In this document: in pieces, positions 63,267 through 64,000 of the stretch | How the letters are laid out: every line of letters begins with the position of its first letter | How positions within the stretch are numbered: the first letter of the stretch is position 1 | Assembly (NCBI GenBank): GCA_958296035.1 | Contig: OY282431.1 | Location: 2,214,037 to 2,278,036 of the forward strand | DNA: 64,000 nt | Direction of reading: 5' to 3' | Source of the DNA: Paracoccaceae bacterium | GTDB lineage: Bacteria; Pseudomonadota; Alphaproteobacteria; Rhodobacterales; Rhodobacteraceae | Program-made: the position numbers and the translations under genes | Notes under the pieces: generated by a model | Database searches by the model: none | Seen by the model: the letters and a program-made list of their open reading frames with translations, nothing else | What the model was told of the DNA's origin: nothing

Positions 63267-64000
63267 TCAGGAGGTTCCCTTGGCTACCGCCTCGGGCACG
63301 TCGTCATGCTTGGCTGCCTCCTCGACTTCAGCATACCACAGGGAATGATGTTCCTTGGCCCACTGCTTGTCGACTTTTCCAGTTCCCATGGACGCGAATG
63401 CACCCTCCATGCCCACCGAACCGAGATAAATGTGAGCGATGATCAGGGCTATGAACACGAAGGCAACAATAGCGTGCCAAAGCAGTGACAACTGCATTTC
63501 CTCATACGGCGACAGGACTTCCGGCAACGGGTCCATGCTCAGCAAACCGGGAATGCCCAGAGCATTGATCTTTTCGAATGTGGCCGCGAACATGGGAAAT
63601 TCGAACGGAAACAGCAAAGCCAGGCCAGATACTGAAATCGATGCCCCCAAAATGAGAACCATCCAGTAGATGATTTTCTGGCCAGCGTTGAATTTACGTG
63701 CCGGAGGATGTGTTCCCTTGGTGAACAGCCCTCCGCCCTTGCCCAACCAAACAAGGTCGGCGCGGTTCGGAATGTTATGCCGGATCCAGAGGATAAACAC
63801 CACTACGAGCGACACCATGAACACCCACGCCACGTTGTTGTGGATCCATTTGGAAACCATGGCAATGGGTGAAAATGCATCGCGACCAATGGCTGGTATC
63901 AACACGACCCGACCGAACAATGTGATCAAGCCGGTCAATCCGAGCAAGATGAATGAAACTGCCAGTGCCCAGTGTGCGACCCGCTCGATCAGTGCGAAGC
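63267..64000 (-). CDS. formate dehydrogenase gamma subunit (cytochrome b, FdnI/FdoI-like), 5' end outside the window
   Basis: Four TM helices with the RVAHWALAVSF and LLWHAIVAFVFIALIIAHIY haem-ligand His contexts. The frame stays open to the window edge. Confidence 0.8.
   Translation of the reverse strand, partial: FALIERVAHWALAVSFILLGLTGLITLFGRVVLIPAIGRDAFSPIAMVSKWIHNNVAWVFMVSLVVVFILWIRHNIPNRADLVWLGKGGGLFTKGTHPPARKFNAGQKIIYWMVLILGASISVSGLALLFPFEFPMFAATFEKINALGIPGLLSMDPLPEVLSPYEEMQLSLLWHAIVAFVFIALIIAHIYLGSVGMEGAFASMGTGKVDKQWAKEHHSLWYAEVEEAAKHDDVPEAVAKGTS

Overview
This 64-kb chromosomal window is most likely alphaproteobacterial, judging by the gene order nuoA-N/birA/coaX/rnj.

**Core regions**
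- 0.1-20.7 kb is ordinary core: an SDR, a DEAD-box helicase, and one tightly packed minus-strand operon, nuoABCDEFGHIJKLMN-birA-coaX-rnj.
- 20.9-28.1 kb holds a response-regulator/PP2C phosphatase plus RsbW-like kinase pair, a tungstate-type ABC transporter (tupBCA), and an operon containing Mrp/ApbC.
- 36.0-41.3 kb and the last 0.7 kb carry formate-dehydrogenase (FDH) accessory and structural genes: a PBP-like/c-type haem protein, a 4Fe-4S protein, DUF3305, DUF3306, a TorD-like chaperone, and a partial FDH gamma subunit.

**Accessory DNA interrupting these blocks**
1. 28.3-36.0 kb: an island with an intact 1232-aa SIR2-domain protein (a DSR-like NADase defence candidate), convergent with a decayed three-gene operon.
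2. 41.3-46.5 kb: a nested IS graveyard. An IS4/IS5-type transposase gene is split by a complete IS66 element and by a 762-bp IS66-derived element. Both carry 8-bp target-site duplications readable directly in the sequence.
3. 47.8-49.9 kb: a translationally coupled EcoRI-family N6-adenine methyltransferase plus DUF262/HNH nuclease pair.
4. Further right: an M24 peptidase plus TRAP transporter, a roughly 1700-aa Calx-beta/autotransporter gene broken at a C8 tract, and a D-aminoacylase pseudogene.

I saw no rRNA, tRNA or CRISPR array.

The best candidate for a new or under-described system is the SIR2 giant protein and its island. The methylase/DUF262-HNH pair is second.

All family assignments come from motif reading by eye. 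No database search was run.
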